Part shown: positions 1 to 13,049 of the stretch, piece by piece
How positions within the stretch are numbered: position 1 is the stretch's first letter
Layout: every line of letters begins with the position of its first letter
Assembly (NCBI GenBank): GCA_964247055.1
Contig: OZ176055.1
Location: 8,742,001-8,806,000 of the forward strand
Direction of reading: 5' to 3'
Source: Paragordius varius
Taxonomy: Eukaryota > Animalia > Nematomorpha
Length of the DNA: 64,000 bases
Notes under the pieces: generated by a model
What the model was told of the DNA's origin: nothing
The model's database searches: none
The model's input: the letters and a program-made list of their open reading frames with translations, nothing else
Translations under genes and position numbers: made by a program

Positions 1-557
1 CCCAAAATGGATTAGACATTTATACTTTTTTGTTCCCTTTCAATATTTGTCCTTTTTATAATGATAAAAATAATAGTTGACATATGTCTGTCAATTTTCT
101 TAAGACTGCGTGCGTGGTGACAAAAAGTCTACCAAAGTTTGACAGTATCCAAATAGCTTATTTAAACATTTTTAGATGGGTGCTTGCGAGATATATCATG
201 CATACAAGAATAATGACATGGTCCAGACGCTAGCGATTTTTTTAAATTTCAAATCATTTATTTAAAACATATAAAAAATTTAGAATCAATTGTATATCAC
301 ATGTGTTAATGATGTTTACATATCAATAAACTAATCTATAATTGCAATATATAATAGTATTAATTAATATACATATAAATATGGGGGTGATTAGCAAAAT
401 TGCTGCTTATAAAATGCCGTTTTTAAGGTTTTAAACCCGATTCAGCTTTATACTTTTTTTGTCTCTCTTCATGCAACAATCTATAATAGAGCAAGAGGAA
501 AAGGGCATTTCTTCCAATTTTAACACGTAACTTTATTGATGAGAGCTAATTCATTTA

Positions 558-2691
558 TTATCTACAACCACATCCTACCGCAACCATGTCTTGATAATTT
601 TTAAGGACAACTTTTTCATATTCATCCAAATATAGCATAGAGATGGGACTCAACTCTGTAGCTACGCAACATACCGTAGGAGCTAAATTACGGTTAACCG
701 AATTGACGAGCGTTTGAATTATGGCATGATTAGTGGAATTGAGGTGGTCAGATAGGGGAAACGGGCAATCCCCTCCACAGAAAAAAGCATGGTACCCAGG
801 AGGGGCTACAATCCAGTCGTTCCATCCCACATCGCTGAAATCAACGTAAAGCGGGTGTCTCCTACAATTGGCTGGGCCATATTTTCGTCTGTGCTTACGC
901 ATAGTAGCAAATTCAGAACCTTCGAATGTTTTTATATTGCGTTTACTACGAGCATGTGTGTTGTGCCCTAGCTTATCATCATTATCGCTATTGGCTTGAG
1001 TATTAGGATCATGATGGAAAGTAAGTAAGAAGGGATCCTCAGACGTGTATATAACCGCGTGGCTGTTTGAAACTGTTTGATTTTGTGAAGTTAGCGAGTC
1101 ATGAGAATGATTAGATTGATAAAATTTTGAGTGATGTACATCAAAACATTTTACATGGGATGGAACAATGTCCAAAATGAAGCCTTTATTGTGATCTGGA
1201 TGCAAGGACCAATCCTCGATAGATTGAGTTACATCAAAAGATTCCCAAGCAAACGCATTGGTTAAATGCATGAGTTTAGAATCGACCAATTTGACATCTA
1301 TAAATTTTTTGGGTAGCAAGGGTTTGTTATTCAAGGTATTGTTTATGAATGTTTGAGCTTTTGGCCAATTTTCACGGCTTAACACTTGATAAAGGTCTAG
1401 GCGATAACTCATGAGCTGACTATCATTGAAACAAAACGGTGGTACAAATGTATTTTTGTGCCAAAACAAATTGTATAGATAAAATCGTATCTCAGCCGCC
1501 ACAAGGTTGGGTGGTAGCGTAGAGGTATTGTAATGTATGTAACGGCTGTAGGAGGAAAATTCGTTTTGCACTAGTTCTTTTGGATCAAACTCTACATCTA
1601 AACAGTTAAAGAAAATTTTACTATAAAATATTTTGGTTTTAGAATTCTACAATAATTTTAAAAGGTCGTTTTAAAATTAAATAATTTTAATGCCTTATAT
1701 TAAAACCAAAAAAAATATTCATAGAAGTAAACAGATATTTACCAGTTTCGTAAATGGTGTAAGCTTGGTTCGCACCATTTTCCGACAATTTATGTAATCG
1801 ATTTGGCATGGGAAGATTGTATATATTATCATATTGCTCAGATTGAATTAAATATTGAATCATGGGCGATAGGGTTGTTTGATTCTGTTCGCTGTTATCG
1901 AGTAGCAATTCTTCCATTTTCGCTGACTGAGCAATGGCTAAATTGTATTTGGCCAGCTGAATTCGATATAATCGAACAAGGTATTCGGGAATACGGATAT
2001 AATCACTTCGTATTCTAGGTTTCTTTCCTATACCCAGACGCTTTAAGAGCACGTTGGCCGCTTCAGTTATCTTTGGATCATTCTTAATTTTGGTAGATGG
2101 TATAGATAATTGTTGTTGTTGATGATGAGTAGTTATTGAAGTTTCATTCGTTTTTGGAATAATGTTCATTATGTTTATGAATTTGGATGGTAGGGGTCTC
2201 GATATTAAGGGCGGTTCTTCGTGAGCCGAAACGAGTGGCAAAAATATTGACCATATTTTTGTGGAACTCCAATGTAAGATGGAATCCAGTAGGTGATTAG
2301 AATTTTGTAATTGTTGGGCATAAGTATTTTGTGAGCTATTATTGACCTTATTAGGACTTTGGAGGGGTACCGTTACGCAAATTATAAATACCATTAGGAT
2401 GAGAAAGAAGATAATCTCTAACCCCTTATTGCGATGATTGGTAAGGTGTGGTGAATAATGTGTTTGAAAAACGGTGGTGGATAAATGATTTGAATAGTTT
2501 TCAAAAGATGAATTTGGAATTTTTTCGCGGTGGCCACGGTAAGTTTGGTGGTGGGCACTATTGTTTTTGAAAAAATGGTGGTTTATAATATTATTATTGC
2601 GTTTATTCTTATGAATGTTGTGGTTTATAGATCGGATTTGTGTAAAATATCGTTCCATAACACGCAACTGTTGATATTGATCTTCTCCCAT
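558..2691 (-). CDS. BMP2/4: Bone morphogenetic protein 2/4 (decapentaplegic) preproprotein, 2 exons, ~662 aa
   Basis: Exons 2691-1743 and 1597-558, with a 145-nt phase-1 GT-AG intron (1598-1742) joining ...[14 protein letters not shown]. Furin sites RSKR and RKHRRK precede a 7-Cys TGF-beta domain: [25 protein letters not shown]...[14 protein letters not shown]...CC...GCGCR*. Confidence 0.96.
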
Positions 2692-5600
2692 GAATAGATG
2701 TATATGTATGAAGGGGAAAATTTTTTTGTAAAATTCGTTTCAGATTTTATTATTTTATTATTAATTTACACCAATCTTATTTGCTATTTGCAATTTTTTA
2801 CATTTGGGGTTAAACATCAGAATTTGGCCAATATTGGTTTTGAAATATACTGTAACAATTATCTATCTTTAGAGAGATACTAAAAACAAAAAATGATAAA
2901 ATTAGATAAGGATTGGAATGGATTTAGTATATATATATTTATTGTGAAGCAAATCAAAAACTAAAATATGTGGCTTAAACAATGAATATTAGAGAATTAA
3001 ATTTTTTTAAAACACATTCACAAAGGTAGATATATGTAATTTAATATGTATATTGAATTACAGGTGCACTTATTTTAATATATATACCTTTTCCTAAAAC
3101 GCACACAAAAATAGGAAATGGAGACTTTATGGGGACAATAGGGGAAATAAAGTGTTGTTGATTTTTTATTTTGATTTATGAAATAAAAAATATATTTTTA
3201 TGTTAGAAATTAATAAATTTTTGATTTCACAGTACAGCATTAAAAAATTTATATTTTTTCAGGATTAGCTCATAACATTAAGGTAAATGTATAAATATAT
3301 ATATTTTAGTTAAGGTATTTACTCATTTAGTATTTACTTAAACAAATTAAAGATGGATATTATAATTGTGTTTATCTTAACATAAAAATTTATAATATAA
3401 AAAAACTTTGTTGAAAAAAATTATGCGTAGACACACTGTCGCCTACGAAACAGGTATTATAGTTTATATACTTTATTTTATATATTAAAATGTATACCTG
3501 ACAAAAAACTGATAAGTTGAATACTACAGGTAGAAATAAAAAATTTCTCTTTAGGTTTCGTAATACAATAATGATGATGTAAATCGCAGTTGAATGTAGT
3601 TTCCAATGAGGATTATAATATTAAGAATGTGAGAAGAAAATTGCAAAATCAAGGGAATATGCATTATAAATATTTTTTATTCATCATTTAGAATTTAGAA
3701 TTCAGAGATTTTTTATGGACACCAAGAATCCAGGATATATAGAGATGAAAATTTTTTCAGAATTGTAAGTAAATTTATAAAATTTCGTAATGCTATAAAC
3801 ATTGATGATACTTTTTTTCTGTAATGGGCGGGCATGCATGTGTGTTATTTGTGTATATTTAAAATCTGTGTACATAAAAAAATATTATAGATAATTTTTA
3901 TACGTATTTCTAGTATATACCACCAAACAGGGTATTTGAAAAAAAGAGGATTTATAAAATTCCACCTAATTTACATAAATATACTCTATATTACAATTTG
4001 TTTACATTGTTTAATTATCCATATACATTGTAAAATTAGCTATAGCCATATAGCCAATACTAAAAGAATCAATTTGTTTAGTATATGTATATGTATACAT
4101 TTATTGAATTTTATTTTTTTATCTCTGATAACATATGTCTTCGAAACATCAGATTGAGGAAAAAAAGAACAGTAAAAAATGAAATGTTTAATTTAGTATA
4201 TTTTTATGCAAATACATGGTTGATTTTTGATGATATATATAATATATAATCGGTACAGTGCTGTAGACTCAGTATCTACAAAAAATCATGTATAAATTTA
4301 AGCGTTGAGATTGAACAGACTTGGTGTCGCTAAATCTAAAAACTTATATTATTCATCAATTCTGTTTTACATCAAAATCTTTTTTTGGGTCGTAGGCACG
4401 TTTTAATTTTTTTTGCCTTAAAAAAATATAATATTCTCTAACGTAACATTGTTCCTTTTTCCCAAAAGACTAATCATTCTTCCCTAAATCTATTATAGTT
4501 ACAAACATATAAATAATATATAACTTTATACATTATTTGATTAAATGCTATGCAATAAATTTGTCATTTCGGACTTTTAAATGAATATTTTTTACAGAGA
4601 GGGCCATATTATATATGTCGCACATACAATATGTAACATCATGAATAAATATAAACACAAAACAAAACATCTTTTTATATTTTTACTTGAGTTTTTCTCA
4701 ACAGACTTGGTGTCTCCAGATGGGTTCTTTAACAAATACATATTAATAAGTAACCTTACATGAGAAATGTATTATATATACATGTATACAGATTTTAAAA
4801 GTTGAAACAAAAAAAACAACCAGTAATAAAAAAAACTGTTCTCAGGGGACATGAGAGAATAAGAAATTTTAATACTTTCATCGTACATATATTTTTGGTG
4901 TATTTTATGTTTTAAATCAGAAAAAAGATCAAATTTCAATTGTACATACCTGTAGATGTATTTTGTGAGTATAGATAGAGTATTCTTAGTTAACTTAGAT
5001 GCAAAAATATGATATCCATTTGAATCATAATTGCTCTGTTTTTGACATAAAAAATAAGTAAAAGATTTTAATAACAATTTGGAATATAATCCATGTGGGG
5101 TTTGGTAAGTTCTTTACCAATTTAATTATATAAAACTTCTAACCCAGAGCATAAGATGAGTCCACGCAGTTAATTTTTTTGATTAATCAAAAAAATGTCC
5201 GTTATGATTACATTAACATATGGAAACCACCAATGTAATAATTTACCTATCAACAGAATTAGCTCTTTATTACTGTTTAAATTGAGAGGCCAAAAATATA
5301 CACTATAAATTGTCGAAACGAATTTTCAGAAGACCTACGAGACCATAAACATCAAATAAGAGTTATGACTATTTAAATTAATAATGGTTTTAGAATGCAT
5401 AAAAAACAAAAAGTTTCGTTGAGCGCTTTCCTTACATTCACTGCTGGGTAGAGCCCGACTAACTGTCTATAGACCATATAAAAAAATATGGCCCAAATTT
5501 TCGATTTAGTTATGAAATCATATATTATTAATCATGGCATAAACCGTTTCTCGTTTAGAGTTTAAATTTAAGCCTAGCGCCTAATAATAGGCCGCTGTAT

Positions 5601-6019
5601 AGACCTCCAACTCCCTGTTAAATACGCCAAAATGGAAAAATAACGTGGATGTTATGAGACTGTATAAACAATAATGGTCGAATAAAACGTTTTTGTAAAT
5701 TAAACCCTAGATAGTGCCACGTCCTTTGTTCAATACGCGCCATCAAATAAAAAAGGTGTCTTAGTAGCATTTTTCAGATCAGACCATGTAATAATGATAT
5801 CTCTTATTTGCCATTTGGAAGCAAAAATTTTAGTCATGCTTTTTTACATTAGGACGTGGTTAGGGCCGCACCCTAGGTTAAATATGCCTTCAAATCGATT
5901 CGTGTTTATTGCAGAATAATATATTATCTATTTGTTGTTGATGTTTTCGTCTGCACCGTGTAAGTCACATCAAATAAAAAATAATTGGTCATTATCACAT
6001 TACATGGTAACTCGTGAGC

Positions 6020-7170
6020 ATGAAAGACAACCTGTCTCGCCATAGAACTCTATCTATGGCGTCTTATGCTCTTTTATATTCAGCTAGTTCTCTTTTTAAT
6101 GTGTCTATTCATCTCGTTTTAGGCCGGCCACGCCAGCGTTTTCCTTCACTATATGACTCTATTGTTTTTGCAATTAATTAAAATCTCTCATTTCAATGTG
6201 CCCAAACCAACGTATAGCCTATTTTTTGACATTTTTCACTATTGGTTTAACATCTCTGCTCCCACGAATAATTCTATTCTTAAAGTTGTCCTTTCTTGTT
6301 ACTCTGCATATCATTCCAATTTTCATTTCCGTGACATTAAAATTTCTTCGGATTTTTTGACGCCTCCTGTCTGTGAATTATACATCATTGTGGGTTGAAC
6401 AACTGAACTGTATATCTTTCCTTTCGCTCTAACATCGATATTTCGATCACATAACACGCCTAAAATTTTCTTTCAATTTACCCAACTGCTCTTTGTTCTT
6501 ATCGTCGGTCAACTATCCATCTGAACTTAACATTGCCCCCAAATATTTGCACCTTTCTTTACCCTTCAGAACCACACCATCATCAACCTTCATTTCATGT
6601 TGTGGACCCCAAAGGTAATAAATTCAGTGTTTGCTTTGTTTACTTTCGACTGTACTGATTCACTATAATAACCCATCTCTTTACAGTTCGCTTTAACTCA
6701 GCCAATGAATCAGACAAGATGATTATGTCATCTGCATGCACAAAGTACCAACCTAACCTTACATTAACAACCTTGGTAACCTCGTTCATACAAATTATTT
6801 ACAATAAGGGGCTGGGTGATGAGCTTTGGACGACTCCATGCTTTATTGAAAAGGGCTCTGATAATCCTGGAGGTGTGGGATTCGTACATTATTTGTAGCA
6901 ACTTAATATAACTTTCTCCCACATTTTTACGACCCGAGACTCCACCAAATACTTTCTCTAGGAATCCTGTCGAACGTCTTCTCTATGTCAATTAAAACCC
7001 CGCGTAAATCTTCCTTCTTTTCAATGTGTTTTTCAATCAACCTCCTAACCGCATCTATAGGGTCTATTGTTGACTTTCCTGGCATGAAACCAAATTGATT
7101 TCCTTCTATAGACATCATTTTCCTGATTCGTTAATTATTTTTTAAAAACAATTTCATGGTGTTTTTATCC
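6020..7170 (-). mobile_element. Degenerate RTE-type non-LTR retrotransposon fragment (RT and C-terminus)
   Basis: ORF 6927-7118 reads QFGFMPGKSTID...IDIEKTFDRIPRE. Also HADDII (FADD-like) near 6730 and a GKRWRGRPKT tail near 6120. Frameshifts and stops; ends approximate. Confidence 0.85.
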
Positions 7171-8181
7171 CTCTATAATTCCTACAATTAATCAAAGTAA
7201 AATTGTCTGTGAATTGCATGTTCCGCTATGTCAATTAGATCCTATTATTAAACATATTTTTTATTATAAGATTAGTTTCAAACTACATATCTGCCATAAC
7301 GAAAGATTATAAAGTTTCGGGATATTACCTTTGAAATCTCAAGATAGTGGGCGATTTGCCTTAACCACCCAACAACCAAGCCTTAAAATATTTCCAAACT
7401 TATAAGATTGTTTAATAAAAATTCGTATAATTTTGTGTATAAAACCCTCATTTTTATAAATGCTTTATTTGGCGCCTTTTCTGTTTTTGGCAAATTAATA
7501 TTAAATAGCTAGTTCTTTAGCTATAGATGTTTAAATTCAGATATTTTGATTTGACTATCTTTAAATGGTTTTATTATTTTACAAAATAATACTTATATTA
7601 TTTATAACAATGGTAATTTATAGGTTTTAGGTTTGACTTTAAAAAATATATTTGATTGTTAAGTGTTACATTATTTATAGTTAATATATTTTTCACGACA
7701 CTCTGATCGTTTCTGGCTTATATTAATAAATGTTTTTTGATCACCAAAGAGATAATCCGCTTATCCCCTCGAAAATAACTAAAACCGAATGTATCTACTG
7801 AGATCTTATTTATGACACATCAAAAAACAACGCGCTTAACTTGTAAAAGATATGGTCAATTAGGTATAATTTATATTACTCTCGTAAAAATAATTTATCA
7901 CTCTTAAAGTTAAATAGCAATCAGAATGAATTATATAACTATTTAAAACACTGCAAAATCGGGGCGTAAAAAAAATATCCTGATGGTAATATATACATAC
8001 TAATATGTTCATGGTTCTTTTAGTTTTAAGCTTAACAGTGATATATGAAAGATATTTGTCTTATTGTTGTAATTGCTTGATATTATAAAATCTCCAAATT
8101 ATTTGCAATTAATGAAATTTTTTTATCATTAAAATATATAATTTGTTATATTTATTTAGAGGGGAATACAATATTTTCATG

Positions 8182-8838
8182 TAATTTCTAGATGTGGGCT
8201 TCAAAGGAGTTTTTTTTGCCCTCTAAAGTGTAGTCTTAAAATAAACGAAAAAATGCCGAGACTTCGTGATGAAATTTTTACAATAATTTTGAAAAATTAC
8301 ATATTTTGTTTTAAAAACTAATAGTAAAATTTTGTTAATGTTTACTTCATACTATTTTGAGTCATGATGGAAACGGTTAAATGCTTTAAGATATTATAAA
8401 AACATTTTTCTACATAATTCGATGATGGTGAACCTCAGAATTTTAATGAATATTCGTTCATCCACAAATTTATGTTAAATATATATATTGTGTTTTATAT
8501 AAAAATACACCAAAATTTGAAAGTAAACGAACTTTTAAATTAAAATTCCGAGGCGATAGAAATTTTCAGCATTATAAAATTATATAAAAAAAACTGTTTT
8601 AATAATATCTAAAAGTATACCGCTTCCATCTTGCCTCAAAATAGTATGAAGAACGCTTCAAGAAAATTATGCTATAAATTATTAAGCAAAATATCCATTT
8701 TTTCAATAAAAACTTTTTTTTAAAATTTAGCATATGTTTAAACACGCGCGATTTCGGTTTTTTGTTCATTTTAAGATTCTTTAATTTGAGGAGGGAAAAT
8801 AAAAAAATGAAACTTTCGAAGCCTACATCTAAAAATTA
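8182..8838. mobile_element. Palindromic (foldback) MITE, family A copy 1, ~657 bp
   Basis: Terminal inverted repeats TAATTTCTAGATGTGGGCTTC / GAAGCCTACATCTAAAAATTA. An inner inverted pair CTTCATACTATTTTGAGTCATGATGG (~8345) matches CCATCTTGCCTCAAAATAGTATGAAG (~8626). Shares motifs with 24940-25497. Confidence 0.8.
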
Positions 8839-9810
8839 AGCTGAAGTGGCTTGTGTATATTTCGCAAATATGTTGTGACTATCATGCATACATTTACGAT
8901 AATATCAAGCTGTCCTGCAGAAATTACTATCTGATATATATCAAAAACTATTTAACATTTTTGAATTCTGTTACGAAGATGTAAAATTAAGTAAAGTAAA
9001 TAAATAATTTATTTATTTTAATAAATTTGGGTGGACATTTTGTCACAAATTTGTGTTTTCCAAACCCCTTTAAACACATATAATTTACAACTTTGGGGTG
9101 GTGGGAAGGGGGGGAGATTACATTTTAGAGTAGTTTTGTACCCATAAAATATCATTTTGACAGTTGATTTTATTAAATTAAAATCGGTGAATAAATTTCT
9201 TTATCAAATTATTTTACCGTGGTAAACATGATAGTGTAAGTTGGAGCCTGCGAAGCTGCTATTTCAAAAAAGGGCAAATTGTGATCTATATACGTGGATT
9301 ATTTTGAAACATTATTAAATAGTTATGATGCCATAGGATTTAAACGGTGCATAGAATTTAAACTGTGCATCCATACTAATATATTGTTTACTGGTTACGC
9401 ATGAAATCATGTGATTAAAAGCGACAAGACATTCAAATTCGATAATTATCATCAAAGGAGAGTAACATTATTTTACATTATTATATACTATATATGTTTC
9501 TTTTTTGTAATTATTATTTTTTTTTTGTTTTGTAAAGTTTTTTTATTTGTATGCTTACTATGTAATTTGAGTAATATAATTCATAATTCATTAAAAATCA
9601 TTGTTATACATATTATCTTTTTTTCTAGTTCTAGGTGCCTTTTTATTTTATTTTTACTAGCGTAGCCATAATTTCCCTAATTTTTTTTTATGATTGCTAT
9701 ATAAAGTGAAATTATTCATAATTTATCAAAATTGACATTATTTATAAAGGTTAATTTTTAAGTAGAATTTATTTTATTATCCTAGATATTTAATCTTTTT
9801 TGTGTAAAGA

Positions 9811-12800
9811 GGGTAAGTGAGAGAAAACATGGCAAACCACCCTCGTTTTATTAATGCCAAAAAATAGTTACAATATATGCAATTGACGCACCCTTTCAAA
9901 GGTGCTGGAACGTACGTTCATTAACAGAAACCAAACAGGTTATAATTGAAAGGGAAATGGAAAGATTAAAATATACTGGGTCTAACGGAAACTAAGCAAA
10001 AAGGTAGCGCGAAATCACAAAACGAAAATACATTATTAAGATCGAGGAGAGATGACCGGAAATCAGAAGGCGTTGCAGTATTAATAAAAAACAAATTAAA
10101 TAAAAGTCTCATTAGTTATATACACTCAGAATCATGAGTAATAGGATGAATGCTAAGCCACTTAAATTTACATACATAGTCTATGCTCCTACGTCAAACG
10201 CTCCCAAAGAAGACATAGAGGATTTTTATGCAAAGTTGCAAATAGTTTTGGATGAAACGAAGAAAGGAGATATGATTATCATAGGAGGTGATTGGAACAG
10301 CAAAGTTGGTAGAGGTAGAGAAGATCAAATAGTCGGCCCATATGGATTGGGAGAACGAAACGAGGCTGAGGAAGCTCTGATCAATTTTTGCCAAGAAAAT
10401 GAGATGATGATAACCAACACATGGTTTCCACAACACAATAGGAGGTTATAGAACATGGACCTCTCCATGTGGTAAATATAAGAACCAAATCGATTACATA
10501 ATATGTCCACAAAAATGGAAAAGCTCTATACTCAATACCAAAACAAGCAAAAGCAGCGATTGCTCTAGCGATCATGAGCTTGTAACCAAAATCAAACCTA
10601 ATTAAAAATAAGGTTAAACAGACATACAGATATGACACTCGGAACATTCAAAATAGTTTTAAAACAAAGACAAAAGATTGATTAGAAAGATTGGAAAACG
10701 AATGTAACTCAGAACAATTATGGGGAATTAATGAAGTGGCAAAAGAAAAAGTGCAGAGGGTAAAGAGGAAAGATAATAACTGGATATCAGAAAATAGTTT
10801 AGAGTTAGCAGAAGGAGAAAAAAATTAAGAGGTGATAATAAAATGGTTAAATTATATATCAAAGAATTTCAACGAATAACAAGGAAGGATTATGAAGATT
10901 TTCTAAATAAACAATGTCTGGAAGTGGAATTAAATAACAAAAAAAGGATTAATGCAACCAATGTTCCAGAAATTGAAGCAAATGACTCACAAAACTTATA
11001 TATCATCCAAAAAATTTAAAAAAGAGAATGGCACCATATTGTGCAAACAAACAGAAGTACGAGAAAGATGGAAGGAATACACAGTGGCGTACCGAGCATT
11101 TGCGGCGCCCGGGGCATAAAACTTTTATGGCGCCCCTCTCCACCCCCCCCCCCTTTTTTTTTACAGGCCAATAAAACAAATTAGTAAAAAAAGATACAAA
11201 CGTTGTAACCTAAACACCATAGATAAGACAACACAGTCATATAAATTTTAAATTTTTTAAATATATATTTTTATGATACTAAATTTATTCAATGGTACTA
11301 ATTAGGTGAATAATAGAGTATATATTATATTATAGGGATTATTACCTAAATTGCTGAAAAATCTCATTTGAAAGTTCTTATTATTTTTGCATAATTAAAA
11401 TTTAATTATAAAAAATCATTTAGGCGCCCCTAATTAACTGCGCGTGGGGCATGATGCACCCCCTTGCCCCCCCCTCGGTACGCCCCTGGGAATACACCCA
11501 AAAACTCTATCAGGCTCCTCAAGCAAAAGTGTTGCAATTAAAAGAGGAAAAACGTGATCCAGATATACTAAGAGAGGAAGTTTAATCCTTAAAACAAATT
11601 CCTAACAAAGCGATGGGATTAGACAATATCCCAATAGAGTTCATAAAAGCTCTTCCTGTAAAAACGTTACACAAGTTATGTCAAAAGGTGTGGGAAACAT
11701 GTGAGTGGCCAAACGACTGAATATCATCTGTATATCTCCCAATATAAAAAAAGGAAATAAACTTCAGTGCGAAAACTACCGAAATATAGCTATTATTAGC
11801 CACGCTAGTAAGGTCGTGCTAAACATAATACAAAACAGGATGCACAGTATCATACAGTCAGAAATACCAGAAAAAAGCGGGATTTAGGAAGGGAAAAGGC
11901 ACAAGAGACCATATCTCAAACATGAGAAGGATAATGGAAACATCTAGAGAGTTTCAGAAAGAATACATGTGTTTTATTGATTACAAACAAGCCTTCGATT
12001 CGATTAACAATGACTCCTTGTGGGAAATATGAGAGTTAGTAGGTATATCGTCCCACTTAATAAGATTGATTAGCTCTCTCTATGTAAAACAAAGAGCGAT
12101 TATTAGAACATCAGCGGGGGACACAGACGAAATACCTATCTTGAAAGGTATCAGACAGGGGTGTTGCTTATCCCCTTATCTGTTCAATATGTGCACAGAA
12201 ATGATAATGTTGAAGTTAGATGGTAAAAATATTGGAGTAAGAATAGGAGGGAAAACAATTAATAATTTAAGGTTTGCAGACGATACCACTCTTATACCTG
12301 AAGGTGTAAATGATTTGAAGGAATTGATCGAAGAGATTCGAAAAGAAAGTTTGAGTTATGGTCTTATGCTTAACCCTAACAAAACCAAAATATTATGTAC
12401 TGGAGAAAAATTTACAATTATTATAGAAGGAGTAGAAATAGTAATAGTTAAACAGTTAACGTTTTTGGGCGCAATAATTTCAGAGGATGGGTCCTTAACT
12501 CCTGACATCAGAAAGAGAATAGAATTGGGTAGAGAATCGATGACCAAATTAATAAAGATTTGGAACAAAAGCGGAGGAGTTGAAACCAAAAATAAGATTA
12601 CTTCACTGTTTCGTTCTCCCGGTCACCACATATGGATGTGAGAGCTGGACTCTCAGAAAAAGGGACAAAGAAAGGCTCATGGCTTTCGAAAGGAGCTGCT
12701 GGCGTAGGATGCTAGGATACACCTGGAAGGATAAAATTAAGAATGGAAATCTAACTACAGAAATAAAGCCTAAAACAAACATCCTGGAAATAATTCTAAA

Positions 12801-13043
12801 AAGAAAGTTAACATATTTTGGTAATGTCATGCGATTGAATTCTCTAGAGAAAGATACAATGTTTGGGAAGGTAGAAGACAAAGGAAACGAGGCCGACCAC
12901 CGATGAGGTGGTTGGATATGATAAAAGAGGAGGCTAAAATGACAAACGATCTCAATCTAGCGGTAAAAGATAGAAGAAAATGGAAAGAAATAGTTAAGAT
13001 TATGTCCAAAAAGTCGTTTACGACTTAGGAATAACCAACCAAC
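9811..13043 (+). mobile_element. Near-full-length but inactivated RTE-type non-LTR retrotransposon (APE endonuclease + RT)
   Basis: WNVRSL near 9907; VYAPTS...GDWNSKVG endonuclease ORF 10134-10451; RWKEY/TQKLY; CENYRNIAIISHASKV; GIRQGCCLSPYLF...LRFADDTTL; YGCESWTL; (CCAA)n-like tail at ~13035. Multiple stops and frameshifts; no TSD found. Confidence 0.93.
11082..11488. mobile_element. hAT-type MITE (407 bp) inserted in the RTE element
   Basis: TIRs CAGTGGCGTACCGAG / CTCGGTACGCCCCTG (14/15 match). Perfect 8-bp TSD GGAATACA at 11074-11081 and 11489-11496. Removing it restores R-W-K-E-Y-T-Q-K-L-Y. Confidence 0.95.
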
Positions 13044-13049
13044 GGAATA

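Noticed and set aside
789-2018. Plus-strand ORFs 789-971 and 1803-2018
   Set aside because: Antisense shadows of BMP2/4 exons with no recognisable motifs.
9411-9665. 84-aa hydrophobic ORF (F/I/L-rich), and similar ORFs at 3936-4157 and 41271-41471
   Set aside because: Translation of T-rich low-complexity DNA; such ORFs are expected by chance at this AT content.
9654-9666. TTACTAGCGTAGC resembling the missing 3' end of the 13-14.8-kb Helitron, which would imply the RTE inserted into it
   Set aside because: Only ~11 nt of AT-rich identity, no hairpin, and no RTE target-site duplication to support it.
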